Below the pieces are notes generated by a model that worked only from the letters and a program-made list of their open reading frames with translations, ran no database searches and was not told the origin of the DNA. This document shows, piece after piece, positions 14,445 through 27,009 of a stretch of 64,000 nt of DNA; within the stretch, counting starts at the first letter, position 1; each line of letters opens with the position of its first letter. Source of the DNA: Octopus sinensis (lineage: Eukaryota); assembly GCF_006345805.1 (NCBI RefSeq), contig NC_043005.1, positions 20,894,001-20,958,000 on the forward strand, read 5' to 3'. Made by a program: the position numbers and the translations under genes.

Positions 14445-14684
14445 CTGTTGAGAGCCTTTTTTTGAAAGTAAACGATGCAATTCTGGATGTATCTGGGAAA
14501 ATATTGTGGCCTAAGAAAAATGTAACAGCAGAAGCCTGTAAAAAAAAATGTCTATCTGACGAAAATTGTTTATCATTTGAAATAAATAAAGAAAAGGGAC
14601 AATGTTACTTATCGAAGGAAAGTGCAGCTTATTCCAAGAAATTTAAGTCAGCCAAAGACAGGGATTACTACCAGCGAGTGAAAC
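14445..14684 (+). CDS. Exon C1: PAN/Apple domain (VESLFLKVNDAILDVSGK...ACKKKCLSDENCLSFEINKEKGQCYLSKE...DYYQRVK)
   Basis: tttcag| acceptor; C|gtaatt donor; 240 nt; 4-Cys PAN core with terminal DYYQR motif typical of PAN C-termini. Confidence 0.9.
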
Positions 14685-16134
14685 GTAATTATTATTTGTA
14701 TTTTATTATTGGGCTCCTCTTTTTCTTTTCTTCTGAATTTTGTGATTCCATTTTCACTTAATAATATATAGATAACTATTTCTGTAAGAACATTGAGAGG
14801 TTTATTAATGAGGAGGAGACAAACATGTTCTTGAGAAAAAGAATGAACAGAAGAACTGTGTACGCTGTTAAAACATTCTGATACAGCATTTTTTCAACTG
14901 GAATACTTTTCTATATATTTCCAGTTGTTTGTTTCTTATTTTACATCAGAAACAAAAATGCTGTTCTTTTACTTAAACTTGAAGTGTAGTAGCAGTAGCA
15001 ATTGTTGCAGTAATGAGTTTCTATTTATTTGCCTACTTTGACATGACTTATTGCTGGTACAGCACAGTATTTCACAAGGGATGTTATGTTCTACATAATA
15101 CGAAATACAAAATAACAGAGAAAGAAATGCTATTCTACAGATTCATGTATTTTGTACATTTTGACATGGTTGTTATGGCTAGATGTCTTTCCTATCATCA
15201 ACCATTATACCACACAAAGAACTTTACTAAGACTCAAAATTATTTCACCTTATACAGGTTCTTATTCAGAGTAGTTCCATAGCATTAAAAGCATAAGTGC
15301 CAGCAAATTCACTCAGTTTGCTTTTAAAGATCTTGTGTATTCCTTTTCAAATCCTTCAACCTTGAAATCCTAGACATAAAGGAAAATTCACTCGATTTAT
15401 GGATCTCAATATTAAGTATGTCATTACTATCATGATAAACCTTTTGGGCCAAAAAGAAAGTTGAGCTATTTCTCTGCATAACTATGAGGAACTGCAACTT
15501 GGCTGGAATGAGAGATATTACTGCAACATTTATCCTGGGCCCCCTCAAGAACTTCAGACTTGTTCACAGATAAGTTTTGTAGAGAGACAGTTTCAACTGA
15601 TTTGAACAGCCATCCCATAATGAGATTTAAGAAATTATCAGTTATCTTCAAAAAATTTGATTTAAACATTAAGATTACAACTAATCTATATTCAACTAAG
15701 TGGATTTTATTTTAGAATTGATGTATCCAGCAAATAATACCCTATATAAAACTTAACAAGGAGAACAGACATCTTCATAAGAATTCTGGCAATTTTCCCT
15801 GGTAGCAGAATCAGATAGCATCAAGAGTGATACTCAAACCTTTGCCTGAATGTTTTCATTTTGGATAATCAATTTAGACATACTTTTTCTGATGGTGTGC
15901 TCTTGTTTAACATTGCATGGCTGTAACAACAGACATCTTAGTTGATCACATGTTAAAGGAAGTTTTTACCCTACAAAAGCACACTGTAAGATTAGTAATG
16001 TACAAACTCAGGTGAATTGTTTTGTAACTTGTGGACTATTTTGTGAATTAGTTGTCAGTGTATAATGCACATGTGTGGGTGAGTGAATGTGCATGTCAGC
16101 ATTTAAAATGTATTTCTTTCTTTTTTTCTTCCAG

Positions 16135-16368
16135 CCAATAATGAACATCTCATGCTTAAAAAAGTTAGCATACCAGTGGGGGGTATTTTAGGACAGTATA
16201 AGAATAAGACCTTAAAGGAATGTAATGAAAAATGCTACAGATATGATGGATGTAATTCTTACCAGTATGAAGGGGAAAATAAATTATGTGTTCTGAGTAA
16301 TGTGACTCAGTCGACCGATAAACTTAAACCCAGCAAAAAAAAAGTAGATGTGTACATAACTAACCCTG
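16135..16368 (+). CDS. Exon A2: PAN/Apple domain (NNEHLMLKKVSIP...CNEKCYRYDGCNSYQY...LCVLSNVT...VDVYITNP)
   Basis: cttccag| acceptor; G|gtcagt donor; 234 nt; homologous to A1. Confidence 0.9.
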
Positions 16369-17716
16369 GTCAGTAGACTATTTTCATTTTATTTATTATA
16401 TGCATGTATTTTTGTATTTGCATGTGTGTGTGTGGCAATACTGCATGGCTAGGAGACATGGGCTTTGATCTCAAAAGACATGAAAAGACTAGAAAGAAAT
16501 GAATCGAGCATGCTCTATTCACTATGCAAATGTGTGCATATATGACATAGTATAAATGTGCTGAATGCAAAACTGGGTTTAAAGAGAAATCAGATGTAGC
16601 GTGCAAGAAAGAAGACTGTGCTTGTATGGACATGCTATGCATATGGATAACTAATGATGGGTAGAGTTTGTGGATGACAGAGGACTACAATGCTTAGCAA
16701 TATGTGTTTTTTAATTAGACTTGCTTTTCGCTTTACAACTGATTTCTGGCAGAACTTGGTTTGTATTGTGTGTGTGTTGGTATTTGTGTATGGTGTGTTT
16801 GAATACAAATGGGCATCTCACTCTTATTACGTTTTCCTTATATCTTTCTCAACAGACCTTTATTCCTCCTTAAATCTTGCTACATGAAGACATTTCAGTT
16901 GTTTCTTCCTTGCTACCTGAGAACTTTTCACTTGTTAGTCATTTTCTATTCAGTAATATTGCTCTCTACATCTACACATTTCACTGGTTATCGTCTCTGT
17001 CATCATATTATCCTTGCTCTTGCAAACCCTACCACCCTCTTGCATACAACGAGACTAACTTCGTTTCATGCTACTTGCCTCATCCTCAGTCATGAGCACC
17101 CAGTCCCTAGTGCAACAGCTAGTGTTTACTCAAGCCAACAAAGCGACCATCAATAACTGATTTGCAACAAGCAAAACTGCTGGTTTAAAATCTCAAGGAG
17201 ATCAGAGTAGTAACTATACTAACAAGTCAATCACCACATGAAAGTGAGTTTTCCATATATATATATATAATGTGAGTTGAGTTTCAAGGGTTAAATTACT
17301 CAGGAGCTTACCATGATAGCACTCAGGTATATTCTAGGTTATGGCTAATAGTGAGTGTTGGTGATCATCTGCTTTTAGCAGTCCCTCTGCAATTCTTCTG
17401 ATGGCTATCTCCATTTTCACTTCAATGGATTTTGATGAACTTTATCGGAAGTGTAGATCTCCCATCATTATAAAAAGTATGGTGTCTAGTACATCATCAA
17501 ATTTCTCTCTTAGTTTTAGAGTTTGTCACTACACCATAATTTATAGAGTAAATTGATTTACATGTTTCTGCTGCACATAATCTGTGTAGCTGAATCCTTG
17601 TTGGTGAATTTACATAACAAATTATTTTGTTTGGCAAGAAGTAAAATTAAAAGAGAAATTTGATGATGTACCTCTTTCTGTATACTTTATGATTATTTGA
17701 TATGTATATATATATT

Positions 17717-17796
17717 CATTGTGGCCGAGTGGTTAAGGCAATGGTCTAGAAATCCATTGGGGTCTCCTGGCAAAGGTTCAAATCCTATCGACAATG
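17717..17796 (+). pseudogene. tRNA-Ser(AGA) pseudogene or tRNA-derived SINE head
   Basis: GTGGCCGAGTGGTTAAGGC, anticodon arm ATGGT-CTAGAAA-TCCAT, long variable arm, GGTTCAAATCC; T:T mismatch in the anticodon stem and a shortened acceptor stem. Confidence 0.75.
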
Positions 17797-17849
17797 GTTG
17801 CTACATTTCATAGGCGCAGAAGTCAACATGTGGTAAGAAGCTTGCTTCC

Positions 17850-19810
17850 GGTTCAAGTCGTTAGTTGTTCTTCACTCGCCTGTTGAAGTTGCCATGCTGG
17901 TTTGCAGCTGGCAAAAATTGAACTGAAGTCGCCACGCTGGTTTGCAGCTGGCGAAAATTAAAAGATGCTCTACTGTAAGGTAAGACATTTTGCTTCTTGA
18001 GTCCAGTAGGATTTGTTGCTTGTAGGTTTTATTTTTTTGTACTAGCAAGGAGTCCTTACTGGATTCGGAGCTTTTTGTCTGCCTTGCGGTGGAGACGTGT
18101 GTGTGTTCTCACATAATTGTGAGAAATTGTTTTTTGAAAATTTCTGTGGATTATACAAAGGCCAGGAGTACCTTTCGGCCAAAGAAAAAAAGAAAATTAT
18201 TGAAAATTTTATTCTCTGTGGATATACAAAGGCCAGGAGTACTTTTCGGCCGAAAATTGTTTTCTTTGCTATCACTTGAACTCTTCTTCATGTCTATCAT
18301 TTGGTTTGGAACAAAAACTTTATTGAACTGTTATTTTATTTTTTTTCTTCCCTTCTGTTGTGTCTTTCCTTCTTTTTTTTGTGTCTTTCCTCATTTCTCT
18401 ATTTTTGAACTATATTTGAACTTTATTTAAAAATGGCGAAGGAATTTCTTGTGTGGGACTTAACACCTCCTAAAAAATGGCTAAAAGAGCTTGAAAGGAA
18501 GACGGTGGTGTTGAGGACTTATTCAAAGGCGCTCGACACCATAACCGTCTTCCCGAAGGCCACAATTTTGAATGAGCTGGCAGATTACATGCCAGCCATT
18601 AAATTTATTTCACAGGGTGTCAAGTATGCAACGGTCTGGTTGCTATTTGACTCCCCCAAGAAGCTTGAGATTTTGCAAGCCGGCCCCTTGAGGGTGAGGA
18701 AATAATGTTTCTTCCCAGTTATTATGGGAAGAGGATAACGAGGGCTTGGATCTGCAGTTTGCCACCCGGAATAGAGCCCGAGTGGATAGAGGACTCTATC
18801 CGCCGAGGTCTGGGTGGTAGCAGTACCATGCTGCTTAATGTGAAAGTGTTGCCTTAATGTGAAAGTGTTGGGAGAGGTCAAAAGCTGTTTTGACCCTATG
18901 GACCCAATCAGCCGAAAGTCTGGTCTTTCCAGATTTTTTGAGGATGGCCGGGTCTAGGTATCCGGTAATGCTCGAGGGACGCCCCACCAAGCGTCACCTG
19001 TGCCTGGAGACCGGCCACATTAAGAAAAACTGCCCCAAGAATCAAAATAGGATCCTGGAGCAGTTAATAGTGGAATCTCTCCCTGCTCTCTCAATGGAGG
19101 GAGAGAAGGAGGAGGATGACGAGGAGGTTTCTACATCCTCGGAAAAACGAAAACGAAAGGTGGGCAACAATGGTTGCCCACCGAAGGACCCGAGGGCTGC
19201 AGGAGAGAAGGAGGACCTGCTGCACGCATCACAGGAACCTCACCCTCTCGCGGCCCAAGGGAAAAAGAAAAAAAGAAAGAAGAACAGGACATCGCCAGCG
19301 GGTTGTGACATGCTGCCGGCGTGTCCCAATTCTCCTCCAGCGGGTGTGCCGCTGGAGGATGAATTTGTGGTCCTCTTCCACAAAGGAGGAACCATGGAAA
19401 ATGAAGTCAAGAAAATGGAAAGGAGGGGCCGATGGGAAGGACTTCTGTCCTGCACGGAGGATCCTGAGTGGCCTTTGCAGGTGGCTGTGGTGGTCCTATG
19501 GGATAGTGATCTGTGCAGGATCATGAATTCCTTCCCGGAGGACTCCTATAAATATATACCTGTGTGGTCCGGCCTGGAACCGAGTACATGCTTCAATGAA
19601 GCAAGGATACTGGTCGGCCGGATAACCTGAACGAGTCTAGAAAATGTGAAACATGTGACTTTTTGTGTGTTTTAAAAAAGAAAAAAGAATTCTGAACATT
19701 GTGTTGTTTAAGTTAAGAGGTTTATTGCTTCATTGTGTTTTGGGGGAAAAAGGAAAAAAGAACATTGTTTTTGAGAAGCGAAAGTCGGCGGGCTCTTTTC
19801 GTCTTCTCCC
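17850..19810 (+). mobile_element. Disrupted L1/Tx1-type ORF1 (gag-like) element with no ORF2 following
   Basis: Three frame segments (18433-18705, ~18723-18858, ~18872-19630); EGRPTKRHLCLETGHIKKNCP degenerate zinc knuckle; K/E-rich tail; stop, frameshifts and a 19-nt tandem duplication. Confidence 0.7.
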
Positions 19811-19974
19811 ATCATCATCATTTTTGCATCACCATCATTCATACCATTAATGTCCGTGTCCAGCCCACAAAGCTTCCATCTGTGTGATGCCCTTGTGGCA
19901 AATTATATGAAATAAAGAAGCTTGCTTCCCTACCACATGGTTCCAGGTTCAGTGTCACTGAAAGGCATCTTGTC

Positions 19975-20460
19975 ACCACCTAATGCAACAATCAATGCTC
20001 AAGTCTATTGTTAGTTATTAGAGCATCTGAACCAAGCTTTGAAAAAAAAATAAGACCCGCTTTAGTGAATTGAAAAGGAGTGATGTTTCATCAGGACAAT
20101 GTACGACCCCACACTGCAAAGATCACATCACAGAAGATCGAAGATCTGGGTTGGAAAAACATTCCTCATTCACCTTATTCTCCCAACTTGCTTCTTCAGT
20201 CTACCATTTGTTTTGTTGTTTTACAGAATCATTTGGGTGACATAACTTTCGCAAGACAAGAGGAGGTCAAAACTAAATTTCAGAGTTCTTCACTTTGAAA
20301 CCAAAAGAGTTTTATATTGATGGAATTAAACAGCTTGTAAATAGATGGAAGTAAGTCATAGATAATCAGAGAACGTACATTGATGATTAAATTTCAAATA
20401 AAAATAACATTTGATCACTTGTTTTCTTTATTCAAAATTTGGACAGAACTTATGGGATGA
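19975..20460 (+). mobile_element. Decayed mariner transposase 3' half
   Basis: MFHQDNVRPHTAKIT...HSPYSPNL; homologous to 10640-10865. Confidence 0.8.
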
Positions 20461-20780
20461 CCTCATCATCATCGTTTAACATCCGCTTTCAATGCTAGCA
20501 TGGGTTGGACAGTTCAACCGGGTTCTGGGAAGCCAGGAGGCTGCACCAGGCCCAGTCTGATCTGGCAGTGTTTCTACAGCTGGATGCCCTTCCTAACGCC
20601 AACCACTCCGTGAGTGTAGTGGATGCTTTTTACGTGCCAGGCGAGGCTGGCAATGACCACACTCATCGGTTGGTGCATTTTACGTGCACACCGGCACAAA
20701 GGCCAGTCAGGTGGTGCTGGCAACGGCCACATTCGGATGGTTCTTTTACGTGCCACAACTACAATTTCCATTGATTTTTG
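20460..20780. mobile_element. (CAT)n-associated RTE-related SINE/LINE end (also ~2130-2250, 6110-6310, 11690-11850, 13550-13860, 22950-23140, 32640-32830, 49310-49700)
   Basis: Recurrent catcatcgtttaac..ccatgctggcatgggttgga..ctacagctggatgcccttcctaacgccaaccac block; at several sites directly adjoining RTE fragments. Confidence 0.75.
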
Positions 20781-21422
20781 ATCGATTTCGATATATATAT
20801 ATATATATGTATGTATATACATATATATATATCTGTGTGTGTGTGTGTGTGTATGTGTGTGTTTTTCCACCCAACAGTCACTTGACAGCAAATGTTGGTG
20901 TGTTTATGTCGGCATAACTTAGTTATTCAGCAAAAGAGACCAATTGAATAAGTACCAAGCTTACAAAGAATAAGTCCTGGGTTGATTTCTTCGACTAAAA
21001 GGCAGTGTTCTGGCATTTGCAGTTGTCAAATGACTGAAGCAAGTAATAGAATAACAAAAAGAGAATTGTATATAATCATTCTACTGCCTATTTTCCTTTC
21101 TTGCATAGCTCAGACAGTACTACTGATTCTCCTTCTGTATGGTTGGATAAACTACCTGTCACTAAAAACCAACTGTTTCTAAGTTTAGTAAAATTTTTCC
21201 AGTCAGATATGTTTTTCAAGGAGGAAGAGAAATGGAGAAAATGATTGTATTCAATGGTGTCAAAAGCAGGGTACACAGGCACAAACACACAGACATGCAC
21301 ACTCACACACACATGCACACACACTCACAGACACACACACAAAGAGCTTCTTTCAGTTTCCAACCATGAAATCCATGTATATATGTGTGTGTGTATGTGT
21401 GGATGTGTGTGTGTGTGTGTAA

Positions 21423-21786
<364 letters not shown>

Positions 21787-21899
21787 ACACACACATATGT
21801 TAGTTCATCCCATAAATAATACTGTTTTTCTCAATTGCATGAACTAAAAGTCAGAGGGGGATAGGATAAACTACTAGCATCACCTTGCTATAAAATTTT

Positions 21900-22940
21900 C
21901 CTCGTACTTATTGTTAATGCAAGTTTTGAAGAGTGCAGTTTAATCTTAACAGTTTTTCAAAGGTGTAATGGAAGTGATGAAGAAGCATATCCAACATATT
22001 TTACTTTATGAGTTCAATAAAGGCAGCTACGCAATAGAGAGTGCAACGAATATTAATGCAGTATATAAGGATTGGAAAATAAGTATAAGCCAATGTCAGT
22101 GAAGGTTCCAGAAATTCCAAGCTGGAAACAACAGCCTAGAAGACGAGCCTCACCCTGGAAGATCCGTAGATCTTAACGAGGATGTTCTGCAAACCCTGGT
22201 GGAACAAAATCCCATCGTAACTGTTGAGGAACTAGCAGAGAAGCTTGGATTTGATCATTCAACCATTCATCAATACCTGTATGCTGTCGGAAAAGTCAGT
22301 AAAGTGAGTGAATGAGATCCTTACAAACTGTCAATGTCTAATCACGTACACATGTCACATGTCACGAATGAACCTTCTTTTGACTGAACAGTGACTGGTG
22401 ATGAGAAATGGGTTCTCTATAAAAATGTCAAGTGCCAAAGACAGTGGTTCAGGAAGGGAGAAACACTGGTACTCCAGGCTAAAGGAGAGCTTTGCCCACA
22501 TAAAGTGGATCTACTGTGAGCAGCTTAGCGAAAGGAAAAAATGACCATCTTTGGTTTCAGGACAAAAGGTGTTCTTCCATCAGGATCATGCTCAGCCACA
22601 TACAGTAAGGATGATCTGCCAAAGGCAGAGGCACTTTGAAATGGAAACAATGTCCCTGCCATCATATTCACTGGATATTGCCCCATCTGATTATCATTTA
22701 TTCCGCAGTCTTCAGAATCGTTTGCATGGAAAAAAATATGAATTCTGTTGAAGACATCAAACAGTACTGGAGGAGTATTTTTCGTCACAGATAAGTGAGT
22801 TTTGGAAGAGGGAACTTGCAAGTCAACTAGATATATGGAAGAGCCTTGTGGAAAATGAAGGAGAGTATATTTTAGATCTAAAAGGAAATTTGTTTATCTT
22901 AATCTTTTAAGTATAAAAAATACTGCATTATTTCTGAATC
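21900..22940 (+). mobile_element. Near full-length decayed mariner element
   Basis: MEVMKKHIQHILLYEFNKG start at 21968; VTGDEKW; FHQDHAQPH; SYSLDIAPSDYHLFRSLQN; multiple stops. Confidence 0.85.
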
Positions 22941-23189
22941 ACTCACCATCATGTAAGGTACATTTTCCATGTTGGCATGGGTTGGACGCTTTGAATGGGG
23001 CTGGTAAGTTGGAAGGCTGAACCAGACTCCAGTCTGATTTGGCATAGTTTTCTATGGCTGTATGCCCTTTCAAATGCCAACTACTCCGAGAGTGTAATGG
23101 GTGCTTTTATGTGCCACCAGTATGGGTGCCATTTGCATTACACCAGTATCTGCCTTGACTGTAAATTTGCTTGGCTAGATAGGTCTTCT

Positions 23190-24640
23190 TCTCAAGCATG
23201 ACACAATGCCAAAGTCTCAGTCATTATTTTGGTGGGGCCCAATGCTGAAAAGGAACTCAGCCACATCGCTTCCATTAGGCGCAATATTCAAAAGGTGCCC
23301 TTTGCATGTCACTGGCACCAGCATTGGCCATGACTATCATTTCACTTGACAGGCCTTCTCAAACACAGCATATCACCAAAGGTTTTGGGCAGTAGTCATC
23401 GCCTCAGTGAAGCTAAAATTTCAAGGAACATGATTCACCACTTTGTCCTATATCTTCCAGCACAGTTGTCTCTCTTACATAGCACAGCTGATGCCTCTTA
23501 TGCCTAACTTTTGTTTCAAGATGCTTACACTCTGTCAAGCATGCACTGACATCACACATCCAGCGAAGTATACTGGCTTCATTTCTTTCAAACCTACACA
23601 TGTCCTTGGTTGTCATCGCCCATTTTCCACTGTTATATAGTATAGCTGCTTGCACATAGTCATCATACAATCTGTGTTACATTCTGAGAGAGAGGTCCTT
23701 TGTTGCCAGCAGAGATAGGAGCTCTCTGAACTTTGCCCAGCCTAATCTTATTCTCACAGCTATGCCCTTGGAACATCCATCTCCGCTACCAAACTGGTTA
23801 TCTAGATAACAGAGGCAGTCTACTACATCTAGCTTGCCCCCCCCCCACCCTCACCCCTTGCATTTGATGGAGTCTGTTTTCTGTACATTTTCAGTATTGA
23901 TTGTACATGTTCATCTTCCACATACAAAGGCTAGTTTCCTTGTTAACCTTCCTCTGTTATTGCTGCACCTTTTATGTGTCCAAAGCTTACAATGGGTGCA
24001 TCTTATGGAATTTCTAACTATGCCTTTTCTACAGATCGAGCAGGGCCATCTACATGAAAGGAATTGTCATTTGTCTGCCTTCCTACTTAATAAGACTTTG
24101 GTTTTTGCTAGGTTAACTCTAAGGTCTTTCAATTCTAGACCTTGCTTCCATACCTGGAACATCTCTAGTTAAGTTAGTGATTCAGCTATAAGAGCAAGGT
24201 CATCAGCATAGAGGAGCTCACAAGGGCAGCCTGTCTTGAATTCCTCTGTTTTTGCCTAGAGTACTATGATGACCAAGAGGGAGCTGAGCATCGATCCTTG
24301 GTGAACCCGTACTTGTATCCTGAATTCTTTGCTGGTCTCATTGCCAACACTCACCTAACTGGTAGCATCTTTGTATATAGCTTGTACAACACTCACTCAC
24401 CACTTGACTATCCCTTGTTTTTGCATTGCCAACTAGATAAGGGAACAGGGGGTCCTATCAAAGGTTTTCTCCTTGTCCACAAAAGCCAAGTACAGAGATT
24501 TGTCTTTGGCTATGTATTTCTCCTGAAGCTGCCTTACCAGAAATAGTATCAGTGGTGCTTCTCCCTGGCACAAAACTAAACTGAATCTCTTCTAAGCTAA
24601 CTTTCTCCCTAATTAGTGGACTGAGACTATCTCAATAACT
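23190..24640 (-). mobile_element. RTE-clade LINE RT fragment (related pieces ~6300-6560, 25500-26080, 60450-60600, 61560-61990)
   Basis: Minus strand: GVHQGSMLSPLLVIIV...GCPCELLYADDLAL. Confidence 0.8.
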
Positions 24641-24788
24641 TTCGTCAGCTGATCCAACAATTTGATACCTCCGTTATTATATATATATATATAAAGTTAA
24701 TCCAAACATGAAAACACAAAGAGAAAACACAACAATGCGAGGACGTGGAACAAGTATAGTATTATTGGATGCTCAGGAAAGAAGGAAG

Positions 24789-24823
24789 GTGTAACGTTTC
24801 GAGTGGAACTCTTCATCAGAAAC
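24789..24823 (-). ncRNA. Degenerate Penelope-type minimal hammerhead motif
   Basis: gttt-CTGATGA-a-gag(ttcca)ctc-GAAA-cg-TT-acac; core intact, stem I has a mismatch. Confidence 0.45.
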
Positions 24824-24897
24824 ATAGGAAAAGGAAAGATCCAAAGAAGGAAAGACGGAGAAAAAAAAGTCGCCAACAGTACACACGCGGTCACATT

Positions 24898-24943
<46 letters not shown>

Positions 24944-26421
24944 TTATGTCTATAAACATATATAGGTACATATATACATACTTATCTTTATTATCATCTA
25001 ACATTCATACTGCCATGAGATGGATTGTTCAACATGAACAAAAGAGGCATAGGCTACCCCAACTTTTAATTTCTCTGTTGGCATATTTTCTACAGCTAGA
25101 TGCACTCTCTGAAACCAACTAAATTAGAGATTGTACTGGTTACATTTTATGTGGCACCAGAACTGATGAGGTTACTAAGTATCCACAAGACAAGACTTAA
25201 TGGTTATAATAATGAGGGATAAGAAACAAAGATGGAAACTCAGGAGTAGGTGACTTGGTAAAGAGGTTAATACTTGGTTCGCCATCTCAAAAGTCAAAAG
25301 AGAAAGAGAGAGATGTAATGTTAAGATATAAAGTTGGTGTGAGTGATAGAATAAGATAGAGGAGCAGAAAAGATAGGGAATGGGTTGGATGCAGAGAATA
25401 TCAGTTCAGCAGTAGGGAAATGAAAAAAAGAAATAGTGTACTCCTGAAAATTGATAGAAAAATGAGTGTTAGAGAAGGAGCTGTTGGGAAAGGCTTGACA
25501 GAACCTCAATTCTGCTGCGATGAATGAGTCTTCTCAAGCACAGCATATTGCCATTCATCTCAGTCCTCAAGGAGGCTCAACAACTTGAGGTCAATCTTCT
25601 ACATTTCATCACACATCTTTCCAAGTTTAAGTTCTTTCTAGTTTTTGCCCAAGATTACATAACATGTTGCATTGCTGTTCATACACAGTCATCATGTAAG
25701 GTGTCTTTCAGACTAAGAGAATGGCTTTTGTTACCAAAACTGGTAATACTTTTCCGAACTTTCTCCAAATAATTCTTATTCTGGCAACTATATTTACAGA
25801 GCATTCTCCTCCATTGCCAATTAGGCCACCTAGGTAACAGAAAATATATACTACTTCTCGGGACCCTCCTGGGTATTACAGAATATATGTTTCCTGTGTA
25901 ACCTTTGTGTTTATTGCTCCTGCACATTTGCCACAAACAAATTCTACTTTTTCTATTAATCTTCCTCTGAACCCCCAGCATGTTTTATGTGTTCATAGTT
26001 TGCACTGGGTGGTGTATGGAATTGTGACCTACTCCTTTTCTATATATAAATCAGGGCTGTTTACTGAAAGGATTGGTATCCTGTCTGCCTGTCTGTATGT
26101 ATGTATTCATACCATCATTATCATTTATCTTCCATCATCCATGCTCTGATGTGTGTGTATCTATATATGTATGTGTATGTGTGTGTGTATGTATATATAT
26201 ATATATATATAATGATAAATATCAAAGTGAGTTATATACAGTAGCGGTAACACATCGTGACGTATTTTTGCCATTTCAATATGGCTAACCCCTAAGGGTG
26301 GATGCTACTGTAGTTTTTAGCCCCAGGAGGACACACTCCTCCAGCTGGCCATAGACACACTATCTGTGTCCTGTCAGTATTTGCAAAGAGAAGTCATCCT
26401 TCCCGTCTTCAACTTATGATA

Positions 26422-26466
26422 CACACGGACTCGAGTTTCGAGGTATTGACCTCTCGTCAGCGTGTG
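26422..26466 (-). ncRNA. Type I minimal hammerhead ribozyme (mirror copy)
   Basis: Exact reverse complement of 26560-26604. Confidence 0.85.
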
Positions 26467-26559
26467 ACAATCATAGTTGTCGCCGAGAATTAGATTTCCT
26501 TCACAAATTTGTGAAGTATTTGTGAAGGAAATCTAATTCTCGGCGACAACTATGATTGT

Positions 26560-26604
26560 CACACGCTGACGAGAGGTCAATACCTCGAAACTCGAGTCCG
26601 TGTG
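26560..26604 (+). ncRNA. Type I minimal hammerhead ribozyme
   Basis: cacacg-CTGACGA-gagg(tcaata)cctc-GAAA-ctcgag-TC-cgtgtg: stem I 6 bp, stem II 4 bp, palindromic stem III, complete core, GUC cleavage after 26598. Confidence 0.85.
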
Positions 26605-27009
26605 TATCATAAGTTGAAGACGGGAAGGATGACTTCCCTTTGCAAATACTGACAGGACACAGATAGTGTGTCTATGGCCAGCTGGAGGAGTGTGTCCTCC
26701 TGGGGCTAAAAACTACAGTAGCATCCACCCTTAGGGGTTAGCCATATTGAAATGGCAAAAATACGTCACGATATATATATATATTTATACATATATATAT
26801 GTGTGTGTGTGTGTATGTATGTGTGTGTGTATATGTATATATAGATATAGATAGATAGATAGATATATGTGTATTTGTTGTATGTATTTATGTATTTGTG
26901 CACATTTTTATGTTTTGCTTTATGCATGTTTTGTCATGCACATAGTTGCATATCTAGACTAGCTCATATGTATTTGAATAATAAACTTCTGGAAAGTTTT
27001 ACAGATACT

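Larger units (their letters stand above)
26254..26772. repeat. 519-bp palindrome: 255-bp arms, 9-nt spacer, one mismatch
   Basis: Arms 26254-26508 and 26518-26772 compared by hand as reverse complements. Confidence 0.95.

Noticed and set aside
17717-17796. Functional tRNA-Ser gene
   Set aside because: Acceptor stem shortened and a T:T mismatch in the anticodon stem; called a pseudogene.
21900-22940. Active or domesticated mariner transposase
   Set aside because: Multiple stops and frameshifts in all four mariner relics.
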